From assembly GCA_050613775.1 (NCBI GenBank), contig JBODTK010000133.1:248001-312000 (forward strand): a stretch of DNA of 64,000 nucleotides, written 5' to 3'. The notes under the pieces were generated by a model that saw nothing but the letters and a program-made list of their open reading frames with translations, was not told the DNA's origin and searched no databases. This DNA is from Neocallimastix sp. 'constans' (Eukaryota). This document shows, in pieces, positions 1-11,872 of this stretch. The stretch's first letter is position 1, and every line of letters starts with the position of its first letter. Position numbers and translations under genes: made by a program.

Positions 1-2499
1 CCTTTTGGGCTTAAGAATGCCCCTGCTACATTCCAACATTTTATAAATGATGTTCTCAGTGATTACTTAGATGATTTTGTAATCTCTTACATTGATGACA
101 TTTTAATTTATTCTAATACTTTAGAAGAACATCATGTACATGTTAAGAAAGTTTTAAGAAAATTGTTAGAGAATCATTTAGTTGTTAAATTAGAAAAGTG
201 TGAATTTGATGTAACTGAAACTACCTTTCTTGGTTATGTTTTATCAAGAGATGGAATTAAAATGGATAAAGAAAAAGTTAAAGCAATTTTAGATTGGCCT
301 GTTCCTACAAACGTTAAAGAAATTCAATCGTTTATTGGACTTTGTAATTATTACAGAATTTTTATTAAAGACTTTGCGAAAATTGCAAATCCTCTCCACA
401 AATTAACTAGAAAAAATGTTCCTTTTAATTGGAGTTCTGAACAACAAAAAGCGTTTGATACTTTAAAAGAATTATTTACTACTGCTCCTATTTTGAAACA
501 TCCTGATAGCAACAAACAATTCATTGTTGAAACTGATGCTAGTAATTTTGCTGTTGGTGCAATTCTTTCTCAGGAATTTGATGGGCATTTGCATCCAATT
601 GCTTTTATTTCTACTAGCTTAACTAAATCCCAAAGAAATTACCCTATCTATGACAAAGAACTTCTTGCTATTAAAGTTGCATTGGAAGGATGGAGACATT
701 ACTTAGAAGGAGCTCGCCATCAGTTTATTATTTATACTGATCATAAGAATTTAACTTTCCCTCGAAAACCTGAACTTCTTTCCCAACGCCAAATTCGTTG
801 GTATGAATTCTTATCTAGATTTGATTTTAAACTAATTTACAGAGCTGGTAAAAAGTCAGGTAAACCAGATATTTTATCAAGACGTAGTGATTATTTATTT
901 GCTAGTGTTCGTCCTATTTCATGCGTTATTAATTCATGTAGTTTTAAGAATGATTCTTTAATCTCCTCTATTCATGATTCTCTAGCTAATGATGAATTCT
1001 ATTGCAAAATAACTGAATTTCTTAAAAATGATAAATCAAAAGATCCCCCTTTTAGTAAAATCGATAAATTTTCTCTTGACAAAAATGGTTATTTACTTTT
1101 TGAAAATTTAATTTATGTTCCCAATAAAATTAGAATAAGAGTTTTAGAACTCCATCATGACTCTATTTCTGCTGGTCATTTTGGAATTAATAAAACTATT
1201 GAACTTATTTCTCGTAATTTCTGGTGGCCTAAATTACAAAAAGATGTTAAAATGTTTATTAAATCTTGTGAAATTTGTTCAAAATCCAAAATCCCAAGAC
1301 ATAAGCCATATGGTTTACTTTCTCCACTTTCTACACCAAATAGAGCCTGGTCTGCTATCTCTATGGATTTTATTGTTGAACTTCCGAAATCCAAAGATAT
1401 GACCACTATAATGGTTGTTGTGGATCGCTTAACTAAAATGGCTCATTTTATACCTTTTAGATGTCTTCCTACTGCTTCTATTGCTGCTGATTCTTTCATT
1501 GCTAATATTTTTAAACTTCATGGTTTCCCCGATTCTATTATTTCTGATCGTGGTTCTCAGTTTACCTCTGATTTTTGGAATCGTCTTTGCTCTCTTTTAA
1601 ATATTAAGCATTCTTTTTCTACTGCTAATCACCCGCAGACTGATGGTCAAACGGAGAGGGTGAACTCGATATTGGAACAATATCTTCGTTGTTTCATTAA
1701 CGAAAAACAAAATAATTGGTTTGATTTATTACCTTTTGCAGAATTTTCTTATAATAATACTTTACAACAGTCAATAAATCAATCACCATTTTTTGCAAAT
1801 TATGGTTTTAATCCGAAATTTAATCCTGAAATTCCTTCAAATGAGAATCCGCATAGAGCTGAGAAAAGAATATTAAATATTAATGAAAACATTAAATTTT
1901 TAAAAGAAAACTTAGAGCAAGCAAAAAAGACTTATAAGAAATATGCAGATCTGAAAAGAATGGATTCTCCAGATTTTAAAGTAGGAAATAAAGTTTATCT
2001 TTTAAAGGGTAATACAACAAAGAAAAATAGAAAATTATCTGATCAACTAATAGGACCTTTTGAAATAATAAGAAAAGTTAGTGATTTAGCGTATGAACTT
2101 AAACTTCCTAATAATATGCGCTGTCACCCTGTATTCCATGTTTCGCTCCTCGAACCTTACCATGAAAATGAATTCCCAAACAGAAGAAATACTCGTAGAA
2201 GAAATATTAATCTTACTACGGATACAATTAATAGAAGTCCTGAAAGAATAATTAAAATGAAAACTTTTAACAATAAAAATCGTTACTTGATTAAATGGAA
2301 AGGATGCGATTCTAATGAAAATACTTGGATCGATGAAGATCAAATTTTTGATAAACAATTAATACAAGAATACTATAGAAAAGAAAAGAAGAATAAATCT
2401 TCGAATATTAATAATGAATTTTGCCAACTACCTGAAGATTCGAACGAGTACTATGTTAGGCATAAATATCAACCTTTTGTGATCGATCTTCCTTCCTAA
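1..2499 (+). CDS. pol: Ty3/Gypsy (chromovirus-type) pol, 5'-truncated by the window: RT, RNase H, integrase, chromodomain
   Basis: Frame open from base 1 (PFGLKNAPATFQ, YIDDILI); RNase H ETDAS/DKELLAI; integrase H-H-C-C, SMDFI, SDRGSQF, GQTERVN; GPF motif; chromodomain-like YLIKWKG..NTW. Confidence 0.95.
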   Translation, partial: PFGLKNAPATFQHFINDVLSDYLDDFVISYIDDILIYSNTLEEHHVHVKKVLRKLLENHLVVKLEKCEFDVTETTFLGYVLSRDGIKMDKEKVKAILDWPVPTNVKEIQSFIGLCNYYRIFIKDFAKIANPLHKLTRKNVPFNWSSEQQKAFDTLKELFTTAPILKHPDSNKQFIVETDASNFAVGAILSQEFDGHLHPIAFISTSLTKSQRNYPIYDKELLAIKVALEGWRHYLEGARHQFIIYTDHKNLTFPRKPELLSQRQIRWYEFLSRFDFKLIYRAGKKSGKPDILSRRSDYLFASVRPISCVINSCSFKNDSLISSIHDSLANDEFYCKITEFLKNDKSKDPPFSKIDKFSLDKNGYLLFENLIYVPNKIRIRVLELHHDSISAGHFGINKTIELISRNFWWPKLQKDVKMFIKSCEICSKSKIPRHKPYGLLSPLSTPNRAWSAISMDFIVELPKSKDMTTIMVVVDRLTKMAHFIPFRCLPTASIAADSFIANIFKLHGFPDSIISDRGSQFTSDFWNRLCSLLNIKHSFSTANHPQTDGQTERVNSILEQYLRCFINEKQNNWFDLLPFAEFSYNNTLQQSINQSPFFANYGFNPKFNPEIPSNENPHRAEKRILNINENIKFLKENLEQAKKTYKKYADLKRMDSPDFKVGNKVYLLKGNTTKKNRKLSDQLIGPFEIIRKVSDLAYELKLPNNMRCHPVFHVSLLEPYHENEFPNRRNTRRRNINLTTDTINRSPERIIKMKTFNNKNRYLIKWKGCDSNENTWIDEDQIFDKQLIQEYYRKEKKNKSSNINNEFCQLPEDSNEYYVRHKYQPFVIDLPS

Positions 2500-2536
2500 A
2501 GTTAATCTCGCAGGAGCTCGACTTAAAGGGCGAGAT

Positions 2537-3310
2537 TGTAAAGATATTATTAATATCTTTAAATAATTTTAATTAAATTTAATCATAAATTTAAGTAAAA
2601 TTAAAATAAATTTATTTGAAATCACGTGTATAAAATTATTGAAAATATTTTTAACATAATTTCGATTTTTTCCCAATCATACTAATAAATTAAAAATTTC
2701 TCTTGTGAAACTAGTATTTGAAAATCATTTCTTTTTATGTAATTTAATTTAAATAATAAGAGTTAAGGTTTTTTGCGAGATAAATTAACAACATGAAACC
2801 ATGCAATTAGTCATGTTGAAACTTGCGGCATTTTATGCTAAAATCATATTAAATAATTATGACAACTTTTATATTAATTTTAAATAGAAAATATAATAAG
2901 AATTTATTAATAATATTTAAATAATAAATAAATAATAAATGAGCTCGATTGAAATTGTTTATATTTATTTTAGTTATTAATTATAATTCTCTTTATTTAG
3001 TAATAGTTAATTATTTATTATTAGTTTAGGTTAGTATTGTTTTTAAATAAATAGTTAGATAATATAATTCAATAGGAATTATATATTATAAATGTAATAA
3101 GATAAAAATATAAATAGTTAACCAAATTTCATGTATTTTAATCGATGTAATTGTTATTTACGATTTATTGTTAATAACACTAATAATTAATAAAGATTAT
3201 TTTAAAATCTAAATATAATAAAACTTATTTGTTTATAAAACATTTTTGTGTTATTTAGTGTTATTATAATTTTTGACTTATAATCTATTTTTTAAATCAA
3301 AACTTTATAA
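2537..3310 (+). repeat. 3' LTR of the first element, truncated
   Basis: Starts TGTAAAGAT right after purine-rich AAAGGGCGAGAT; matches the reverse complement of 55200-56040 up to ~3310, where it meets the tail of the opposite-strand element. Confidence 0.85.
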
Positions 3311-3355
3311 ATAATAAAATAAAATTTAAAAACAAATTAATAAAAATAAAATTTC

Positions 3356-3395
<40 letters not shown>

Positions 3396-3416
3396 ATTAT
3401 TATTATTATTATCATT

Positions 3417-6400
3417 TTAGTTATAAGCTATTGAAATAGGTTTTCTTCCATTTTGTAAATATTGTAAATAAATATTTTGATTTCGGGGGTTATTTTCAAC
3501 TTCGTCTGAAGGAACCCAATTGTAAGCAGTTCTATATTTATACCTGATTCTGTATTCATATTGATTCTTTTTATAATTAGTTCTAAATCCTGAGATTTCA
3601 ATTATATCATTAACAGATTCATCATGAGTTCTTCTTTTTAAAAACTTTTGAGGCGTTGGAATAAAAGGTTCTAACTCCGAAACATGGAATATAGGATGAT
3701 GTTTTGGAAAAGGTGACCTTTTAATATCTATTTTATAATTATGATTATTCAGAACATCTAATACTTTATATGGTCCATATTTACAAGGAGCTAACTTTGA
3801 ACTATCTTCGATATTTAGTGATGGAGGAGCTTGTATCCAAACTAAATCATTTTCTTTAAATATTGGAGGTGGCATTCTCTTTTTATCTGCGTGTATTTTA
3901 TATAGTTCTTTTGACCTTAATAAAACATCTTTAATATGATTAAAGTTCATACTTAAGTCCTTAATAATTTTATTATTAGTATCAATATCAGGTAATAAGA
4001 AAAATTCATCCATAGATGGATGAAACCCATAATTAATAAAGAAGGGTGTTTCTTTTGTAGATTCATTAATGAAGTTATTATAAACAAATTCAGCAAGGTG
4101 AATCCATTCAATCCAATCATCATGATAATATGATCTTGAGTAAGCTCTTAAATATTGTTCAATAAAAGAATTACATCTTTCAACTTGACCAACTGTTTCA
4201 TGATGGTCAGTTGTAGCGATTTTTGATTTAATGTTTAAATATTCCATTACTTCTTTCCAAAGAGCGCTTGTAAATTGAGATCCTCTATCTGTATACAAAT
4301 CACAAGGCAATCCGTGTAGTTTAAATATATTTGTAATGAAAGCTTTGGCAGTTTGTTTGGCATCAGATATTTGTTTAAATGGAATTAAATGTATCATCTT
4401 AGAGAAACGATCAACAACTACCATAATAACGGTGTATCCTTTAGAATAAGGAAGACCACATAGGAAATCAATTTCGATAGACTTCCAAGGTCTATCGGGA
4501 GTATCTAAAGGTTGTAAAAGACCATATTTCCTATGTCTATTAACCTTGTTTCTTGCACAACATTCACAAGAATTAACATAACTTGTAACATCTTCATGTA
4601 TTTTTGGCCACCAAAAGTTTCTTGTAATTAGTTCTAAAGTTCTTCTTATACCAAGATGTCCAGAAGTGGGTTTTTCATGATATTTTTCTAAAATTTCTAA
4701 TCTAAGTGATTCAGGAATATAAATTAAATTGTTATATAATATAATATTATCTTTTATTTTAAATCTTTCCATTTTCCTAAATGGTTTATAAGCATAATTA
4801 TTTTTAACATTGTTTTCACTAAAGTATAATTTAATATCTTCAGCAGTAGCATCTTCTTTAATAGCATCAATAATTTTTTCTAGTAAATTACTCATAATTC
4901 CTATAAAACAGGGAACTTCTTTTACATTTTTAATATCTAATATATTTTCTGGTTTAATATCTTCGTTATTCTTCATATAGTCAGGTCTTCTTGAAAGACT
5001 ATCTGGTTTCCCATTTTTTGTTCCTTGTCTATATATAAGTTGGAAATCATATTCCTGAAAGAATAAGTGCCATCTATGCTGTCTTTGATTACCAACTTTT
5101 CCTCCTAAAGTATAGATTAAATTTCTATGGTCAGTATAGACAGTAATTTTATGTTTTGCACCAAGTAAAAGATGTCGCCAAGTTAAGAAAGAATCTCTAA
5201 TAGCTAATAACTCTTTTTCTGTAATGGTATAATTTATTTCGGAGCCTTGTAAACTTCTTGAAAAGTAAGCAACAGGATGTAATTTATTATTTTCATCTTT
5301 CTGAGATAAAACAGCACCTATAGCATAGTTACTTGCATCACATTCTACTATGAATGGTTTAGTTACATCTGGGTAATGCAGTACTGGAGAAGTAGTTAAT
5401 TTACTTTTTAATAATTTAAATGAATTTCCACAATTTGTATCCCAAATAAATTTTGTATTTTTTCTTGTTAAATTATGGAGAGGCTTAGCTATTTTTGCAA
5501 AATTTTTTACAAATCTCCTATAGTAATTACATAAGCCTAAAATCGTTGTACTTCTTTAATATTTTTCGGAGTTGGCCACTCTTCTATAGATTTAATTTTC
5601 TTTGGGTCAGTAGATACACCATCACCAGATAAAATGTAACCTAGGAATTCAACTTTTTCTTTATCGAATTCACATTTTTCTAATTTTGCGTATAAATTAT
5701 TATTAATTAAAGTTTGTAATACATTTCTTACTTGTTTGTGATGTTCTTCCAAATCCTCAGAATAAATTAAAATATCATCCAAATATAAAATAACACTTTT
5801 TTCCAAATAAGGTCTGAGTACAGAATTAATAAATGATTGAAAAGTGGCTGGGGCATTTTTCAACCCAAAAGGCATTACGAGATATTCGTAATGACCATAT
5901 TTAGTTCGAAAAGCTGTTTTATATTCATCCCCCTCTTTTATACGAATTAGGTTATAGGCAGATCTTAGATCTAATTTTGTGAAATATTTTGCACCTTTAA
6001 CCTTTTCAATAATATCATTAATAAGTGGAAGAGGATATGAATTTCTAATGGTAACAGCGTTTAACTTTTTGTAATCCACACACAATCTTAAAGAACCATC
6101 TTTCTTTTTTTGAAATAAGACAGGATAACCAGCTGGAGATTCAGAAGGTCTAATAAATCCCTTCTTTAAATTTTCTTCTATATATTCTTTTAAAACTTTA
6201 TTTTCTTCTTCAGATAATGGGTAGATAGGTCCGTAATGAAGAGAAGCATCCTTTTCTAAAACTATTTTACAGTCAGTTAAACGATGTGGCGGTAGTTTAT
6301 CTGCTTCTTTCTTACTAAATACAACAGCCAAATCTCGATATTGAAGCGGAATATTTTCGATTTTTATATCTTCAATATCTTCTTCATAATTTTCTTTATT

Positions 6401-7252
6401 TGTTAAAAATGAATAAATTAAATAATTATAGTTAAATTTATTATTAATTTTATATTTTTTATTTTGGTGATTGTTTTTTAATTTAAAAAATATTTTATTG
6501 GTTAAAAAATTAAATTTTTTATGAAGAAATTTTTTATATTTATTAAGTTTAAAATTTAATTTATTTTGATTAAAATTTTTGAAATTTTTTGAATTTTTTG
6601 TATAATTAAATTTTTTTATGAATTTATGTTTTAAAAAATAATTTTTTAAAAATCTTTTTATCACTGAATTAAACCGAGAATAATATTGTGGATTTTTATT
6701 AGTATTTTTATTAATTTTGTTATAAAAGTGAGAATTTAAATAAGAATATAGGAAGTTTTTATCATAGTCATAATGAATATTAAACTTCCTCATAAATTGG
6801 TTTCCAAAAAGTAGTTTTGTTGGGATACAATTCGAAATTAAAAATTTTTCTCTGAAATTTTTAAAATAAACTCTTTTATTTTCATTAATTTTGATTTGAA
6901 ATTTTAGCCAAACATAATTCTTTATCTGGGTTGTATCACCAGAAATTCCTTTGACTAAAATTTTTGATTTTAAATTATATTTTTTCAATTTTAATGTTTT
7001 TACTAATTCTTCTGTAATAAAATTACAGAAGGAGCCTGAATCTAACATCGATTCAGTTTTTAATTTATTATTATCATTTTTAATATTTTTTATATTATTT
7101 GAAAATGTTGTTGGAATATATGTATCAAATAAAAGGAAAGTTGAAGGTAATTTTTTATTTACTACATTATTAAATGTAGGAAAATTATAATGAAGAATTC
7201 TTGTGTTTTTTATTATATTGGACTTCTGTTGAAGTCCATTGTTTAGTTTTTT
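3417..7252 (-). pseudogene. pol: pol (protease, RT, RNase H, integrase) with one frameshift near 5537
   Basis: LDSGS, YLDDILI, HHETVGQVERCN; expected QRFLGLCNYY is broken by a missing T near 5540 and RNase H continues in another frame into the 3417-4976 ORF. Confidence 0.9.
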
Positions 7253-8319
7253 GTTTTATTATTATTGCTACTAGTTTTATTACTATTATAATTGTTATTA
7301 TTGTAATTATTATTATAATTACTTTTGTTATTATAATTGTTATTAGAATTATAATTTTTATCATGATTAATATGGGTACTAACGTGTTTTGAATGTTTAT
7401 TATTACTGCTTCTAAAAAGTTTTGAATTACCATTATTTGTTTTTATTTGATTTTTTGTTTTTAATGTATTTTCAAGTAAAATACATTTAGTATAAATAGT
7501 ACCAAGATCAACAGGGAATTCTTCCATTTCTTCAATTACTTCTTGGAATTTTGAATGTAACCCATTATAAAAAATTAAAACTAAGGCTTCTTCACTGAAT
7601 CCAAGACCATTCGAAAGAGTTCTAAATTGTTCAATATAATCATTTATTTTCCCATAATTATGTTTCAATTTTATTAATTGAATCTTAGCTAATTTTTTGC
7701 TTGCAACGTTGGAAAATGCTTTTCTTAATTCAGTAGTCAATTCAGAAAGAGTTTTTGGGTTAGTATCCTTGTACGTAGCTAGATACCAATTACGAGCGCC
7801 ATCCCTCAAACGGGATTTAATAAAGTTAATTTTGATATCTTCTGTAGCTTCTGAATTTGGATATGTTTTAAAAGTATCTTCACAAAGTTGACAGAATAGA
7901 TCAGTTTCTTTAGTATCTCCAGAGAAAAATCCAGGTTCAGGAACTTGTTGTAAACGGTTTGAAAAAGCATTCCTCATAATAACATCATTGTCATCATCAC
8001 GTCTAGTAGTGGTAGATACATTATCCTCTTGTGTTTGACTAGTAGAAGGAATATCATTTGTAGCAATATTTATATTTAACTTTTCATCTAAAATTTTTGT
8101 TAAATTAGATAATTGATTAATAATATTTTTATTATCTTTGTAAAGTGTATAAAGTTTTTTTTGTAAGTCCTTGTTATATTCATTAAAATCTTCTTTTAAT
8201 AAAAAACTATCATTAACAGAAGAAGCCAATTCGGATACAGTAACTTGGGCGTCAGACCTTAATTTATTAACTTCTGACATTGGAGCAATGTCAGCCCATA
8301 CATTATTGTAAAAAGACAT
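7243..8319 (-). CDS. gag: Retrotransposon Gag
   Basis: 358 aa ORF directly after LTR/PBS; PGFFSG, RLRDGARNW, YIEQFR..FYNGL capsid-like pattern. Confidence 0.85.
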   Translation of the reverse strand: MSFYNNVWADIAPMSEVNKLRSDAQVTVSELASSVNDSFLLKEDFNEYNKDLQKKLYTLYKDNKNIINQLSNLTKILDEKLNINIATNDIPSTSQTQEDNVSTTTRRDDDNDVIMRNAFSNRLQQVPEPGFFSGDTKETDLFCQLCEDTFKTYPNSEATEDIKINFIKSRLRDGARNWYLATYKDTNPKTLSELTTELRKAFSNVASKKLAKIQLIKLKHNYGKINDYIEQFRTLSNGLGFSEEALVLIFYNGLHSKFQEVIEEMEEFPVDLGTIYTKCILLENTLKTKNQIKTNNGNSKLFRSSNNKHSKHVSTHINHDKNYNSNNNYNNKSNYNNNYNNNNYNSNKTSSNNNKTKN

Positions 8320-9311
8320 ATTAAAGTAGTAACCAAAACTAGGGTAAGGTTATTGTTAAAATTAAGATATAAAATAGTTTTATGATTAATAACGTTACTA
8401 GGTTAATATGTTGAATTATATATTAATAATCCAACAATAATTAATTAATAATAATATAAAAATAATATAAGATAAATAGTTAAGTTATTTAAACACTTAA
8501 TATCTAAGAATATTTTAAATAATAATTTCTTTGAAGGATTTATGAAAATATTTATTTATTGAATTATTAGTATATAATTATTGTAAGTACAATAACCTTA
8601 CAAAGAACATAAAAGATAGATTTTTACATCTTTCTTTTATACTTTGTAAGTTACATAATAATAATATTTAATTATAAAATATTAATAATATAGTAATATG
8701 AATATTAATAAAATATTAAGATAATAACAATATCGATATGTTTAAAATATTTAATATAACTAAATAAATTTAATTTATAATTATATAATTAATTTGAATA
8801 ATTAAAAATAGTAGTTAATATATATGATGTAAACATATATATAAACATAATATAAATAAATACATGTGACGTCATATGTAGATAATTGAAATTATTAATA
8901 TAAATCTTATTTACTAATATTCTCAGAATTATTAGGCCTAAGATAATTCCTTAAATATTAAATAAGAATTTATATTAATTATTAATTATTTAAATATATA
9001 TATTATTTATAATTAAATAAATAATATTTGTTAACTATTGAAATGTAAATAACTGAAATTGAGATTTCAATTCAGTTATAATTTCAACAAATAAATAAAT
9101 ACAGCTAAAGTTCGCAATAATGGCAGTCATTATAAAATATTTTGTGGTAGACTCGGGGTTGACACTTAGATATTTAAAATCAAGCAGGGGGGGACGGGTA
9201 TTACCCTGCTTTGATTTTAAAAAAAAATAATTCTTGATTAAAAATTATTTATTTTTTTTTATTAATATAAAAGTTTTTTTATTTAAAGTACACACTTAAT
9301 TTTTAAGAAAT

Positions 9312-10155
9312 TGTTACAATATTTATATTTTTTTATAAATTTAAAGTATAATTAATTGTTTATAATTTAAGTAATTTTATAGAATTATTGAATTAATTTT
9401 ATATCAATAATTCATTTTTGTTTTAATTTTTATAAATATAATAATATAATATTCAAATATAATTTAATTAAAAATAATTATAAAATAAATATATAGAAAA
9501 TAGTTTTTACTATTTTCTTTGATATTTTTAAGTTAAATAAATTGTTTTTAAAGATTAATATAATAAATTTAATAATCTTTAATTATTTTAAATAATACTT
9601 GTAATTATTTTCAAAATAAAATAAAATTTTTATAATATTTAATTAATAAATTTGATAATATTTAAATAATAATTTTTATAATAAGTAAAAATTTTTAATA
9701 ATAATTTTTAATAATAAATTTAATTAATAATCTTAATAATTTTATAATAATATTTAATAGTTATAATATATAAATTTTTATAATAATATTTAATAATTTT
9801 AATAATTTTATAATATTAATAATTTATAATAATTTTTAGAATAATATTTAATTAATAATTTTAATAATTTTATAATAATTTTTATAATAATATTTAATTA
9901 ATATTTTTAATAATTTAGTATCTTAAAAGTATAATTTTAATATTTACAATTGTATTTTAATATATACATATATTTAATAATATAACAATAAAGTGATTAA
10001 TTAAAATTTATTTACATTATTTACAAATTAAAATTAATTTATATCAAAATAAATTAAATTTACAATGAGGTTTAGGTTATGAAGAATATAGGAAAGTACA
10101 ATTTAGTAAAGAATTATTAATAATAAAATAAAGGTTATTAATTCATTCTTTACCA
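9312..10155 (-). repeat. Solo LTR related to the 11012/19210 LTR family (left end tentative)
   Basis: Ends TTCTTTACCA like the 11849 and 20047 ends, followed by TTTG; TGTTACA at 9312 gives 844 bp, but the left flank is not TTTG. Confidence 0.6.
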
Positions 10156-10159
10156 TTTG

Positions 10160-11007
10160 TGGTACAAGATCTGAAGATTTTATTAATAAAATAATATATT
10201 CTAATAATAAGGAAAAATTTAAAATATTATTCTCTAATTCTAAACCTAAATTAATTAATAAACTACTCTAATTTTAGTCTAAACTATCCTAATCTAAAAG
10301 AATCTAAACTAAGTTAAAATAACTTAAACTAATATCTTAATCTAAACTATTCTAATCTAAACTAAACAATTTCTCTAAATCTATTACTATTTCTATAAAA
10401 TGTTTAATACAACTAATCTATTACTAAACTAATTTTATACTATACTTATCTTAATATTATACACTAAACACAAAAAACTATTAATTAAACACTTTTAAAA
10501 CATTAAATTTAGAAAAAACTATTTAATAAATTTTAATTTATTTTAAACTATTTAATTTATTATTTAACTTTTAGAAAATATTAAAAAAATAATATAATAA
10601 TAAAGTCGTAAGAAAAAAAGGGAGAGAACAAAAGTATTGTGTTACTTTGTTCTTTTTTATACTAATAAAATATTTATTTGATTGGATTAAAAATAAAAAT
10701 AAAAAAAAATTAATAATAAAAATTTAATAATAAAAATTTAATAATAAAAATATAATAATAAAAATATAATAAACTTAAATTTTCTAAATTATTAAAATAT
10801 TATATAAAAATTTTACAATATTAAATAATATAATTAATACATGATTTTTTAATACATCTAATTATTTTTATTTAACTTTATAATATTCTATAACTAATAT
10901 TTTAATATTCAATTTTTTATTATTTATTTATAATTGTTAATGATATTTTTTACTTTAATATTTTCTTTAAATAGTTTAATTTTTCTTTATTTAATTGTAC
11001 CGTAACA
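10160..11007 (+). repeat. Solo LTR flanked by TTTG on both sides
   Basis: TGGTAC...CGTAACA, 848 bp; TTTG at 10156-10159 and 11008-11011. Confidence 0.75.
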
Positions 11008-11872
11008 TTTGTGTTATGGTTCGGGTTTTATTAGAATTTTTATTTAATTATTTATTTTCAATATTCTTTTTGTCTACATTTTAATTATTGAAAAACTTCA
11101 CTTATTTATACTTTTTGAAAAAAAATAAATATGTAAAGCCTTTCTACATTTTATTATCATATTTAAAAAAAAATATTTACTATTACTAATTACTTAAAAT
11201 TTTATATTAATTTAAATTAACTAATTCATAAGTATTTTTATTTTAATAAATTTTGTTTATATAATTTTATATTATTTTTCATATACTAAAACTAAATTAT
11301 TTAATATATACGAAAAGTAACAAACAAAATTTAAAAAGATTTTACAGAAAAATAAAGTTATTTTAATCAAGAATGTTAATATAATATTCTTATATTTTAT
11401 ATAAAATAAATTTAAAAACTATAATATATTTAATATTTATTATTAATCAATTAAGATTTGATTTTATTTGTGGGGAATAAAAAAATATTAAATAATCAAT
11501 TTAAAAATAAAATAAAATACTAAAAAGAATACAAGTTTAATATTGATACAATATAATAATAATATAATAATATATTTGAAAATAAAAATAAAATATTAAT
11601 ATTGATAATAAACACTTTAATAAAATAATAAAATTTAAGGTAAATTATAGATATTGATATTAATAGTAAAAATATAGAATTATTGATAATATTTTAGAAA
11701 CTTTTAATAAAAATATAAAAAAAATATATTTAAAAAATATTTTAGTATAGAAAATATAGTAAAGTAATATTAAGTAAAGAATAATATAATGGATTCTAAA
11801 GTAAGTTGAAATTCTAATTAATAATCCATTATATGTTCGTTCTTTACCAAGATGCCCCCACTAAGACTCAAG

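Larger units (their letters stand above)
3417..9089 (-). mobile_element. Ty3/Gypsy retrotransposon with 5' LTR (8354-9089), gag and pol; 3' LTR missing
   Basis: LTR reads TGTTGAAA...TTTAACA on minus and resembles 24761-25904; gag and pol ORFs follow. Confidence 0.9.
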
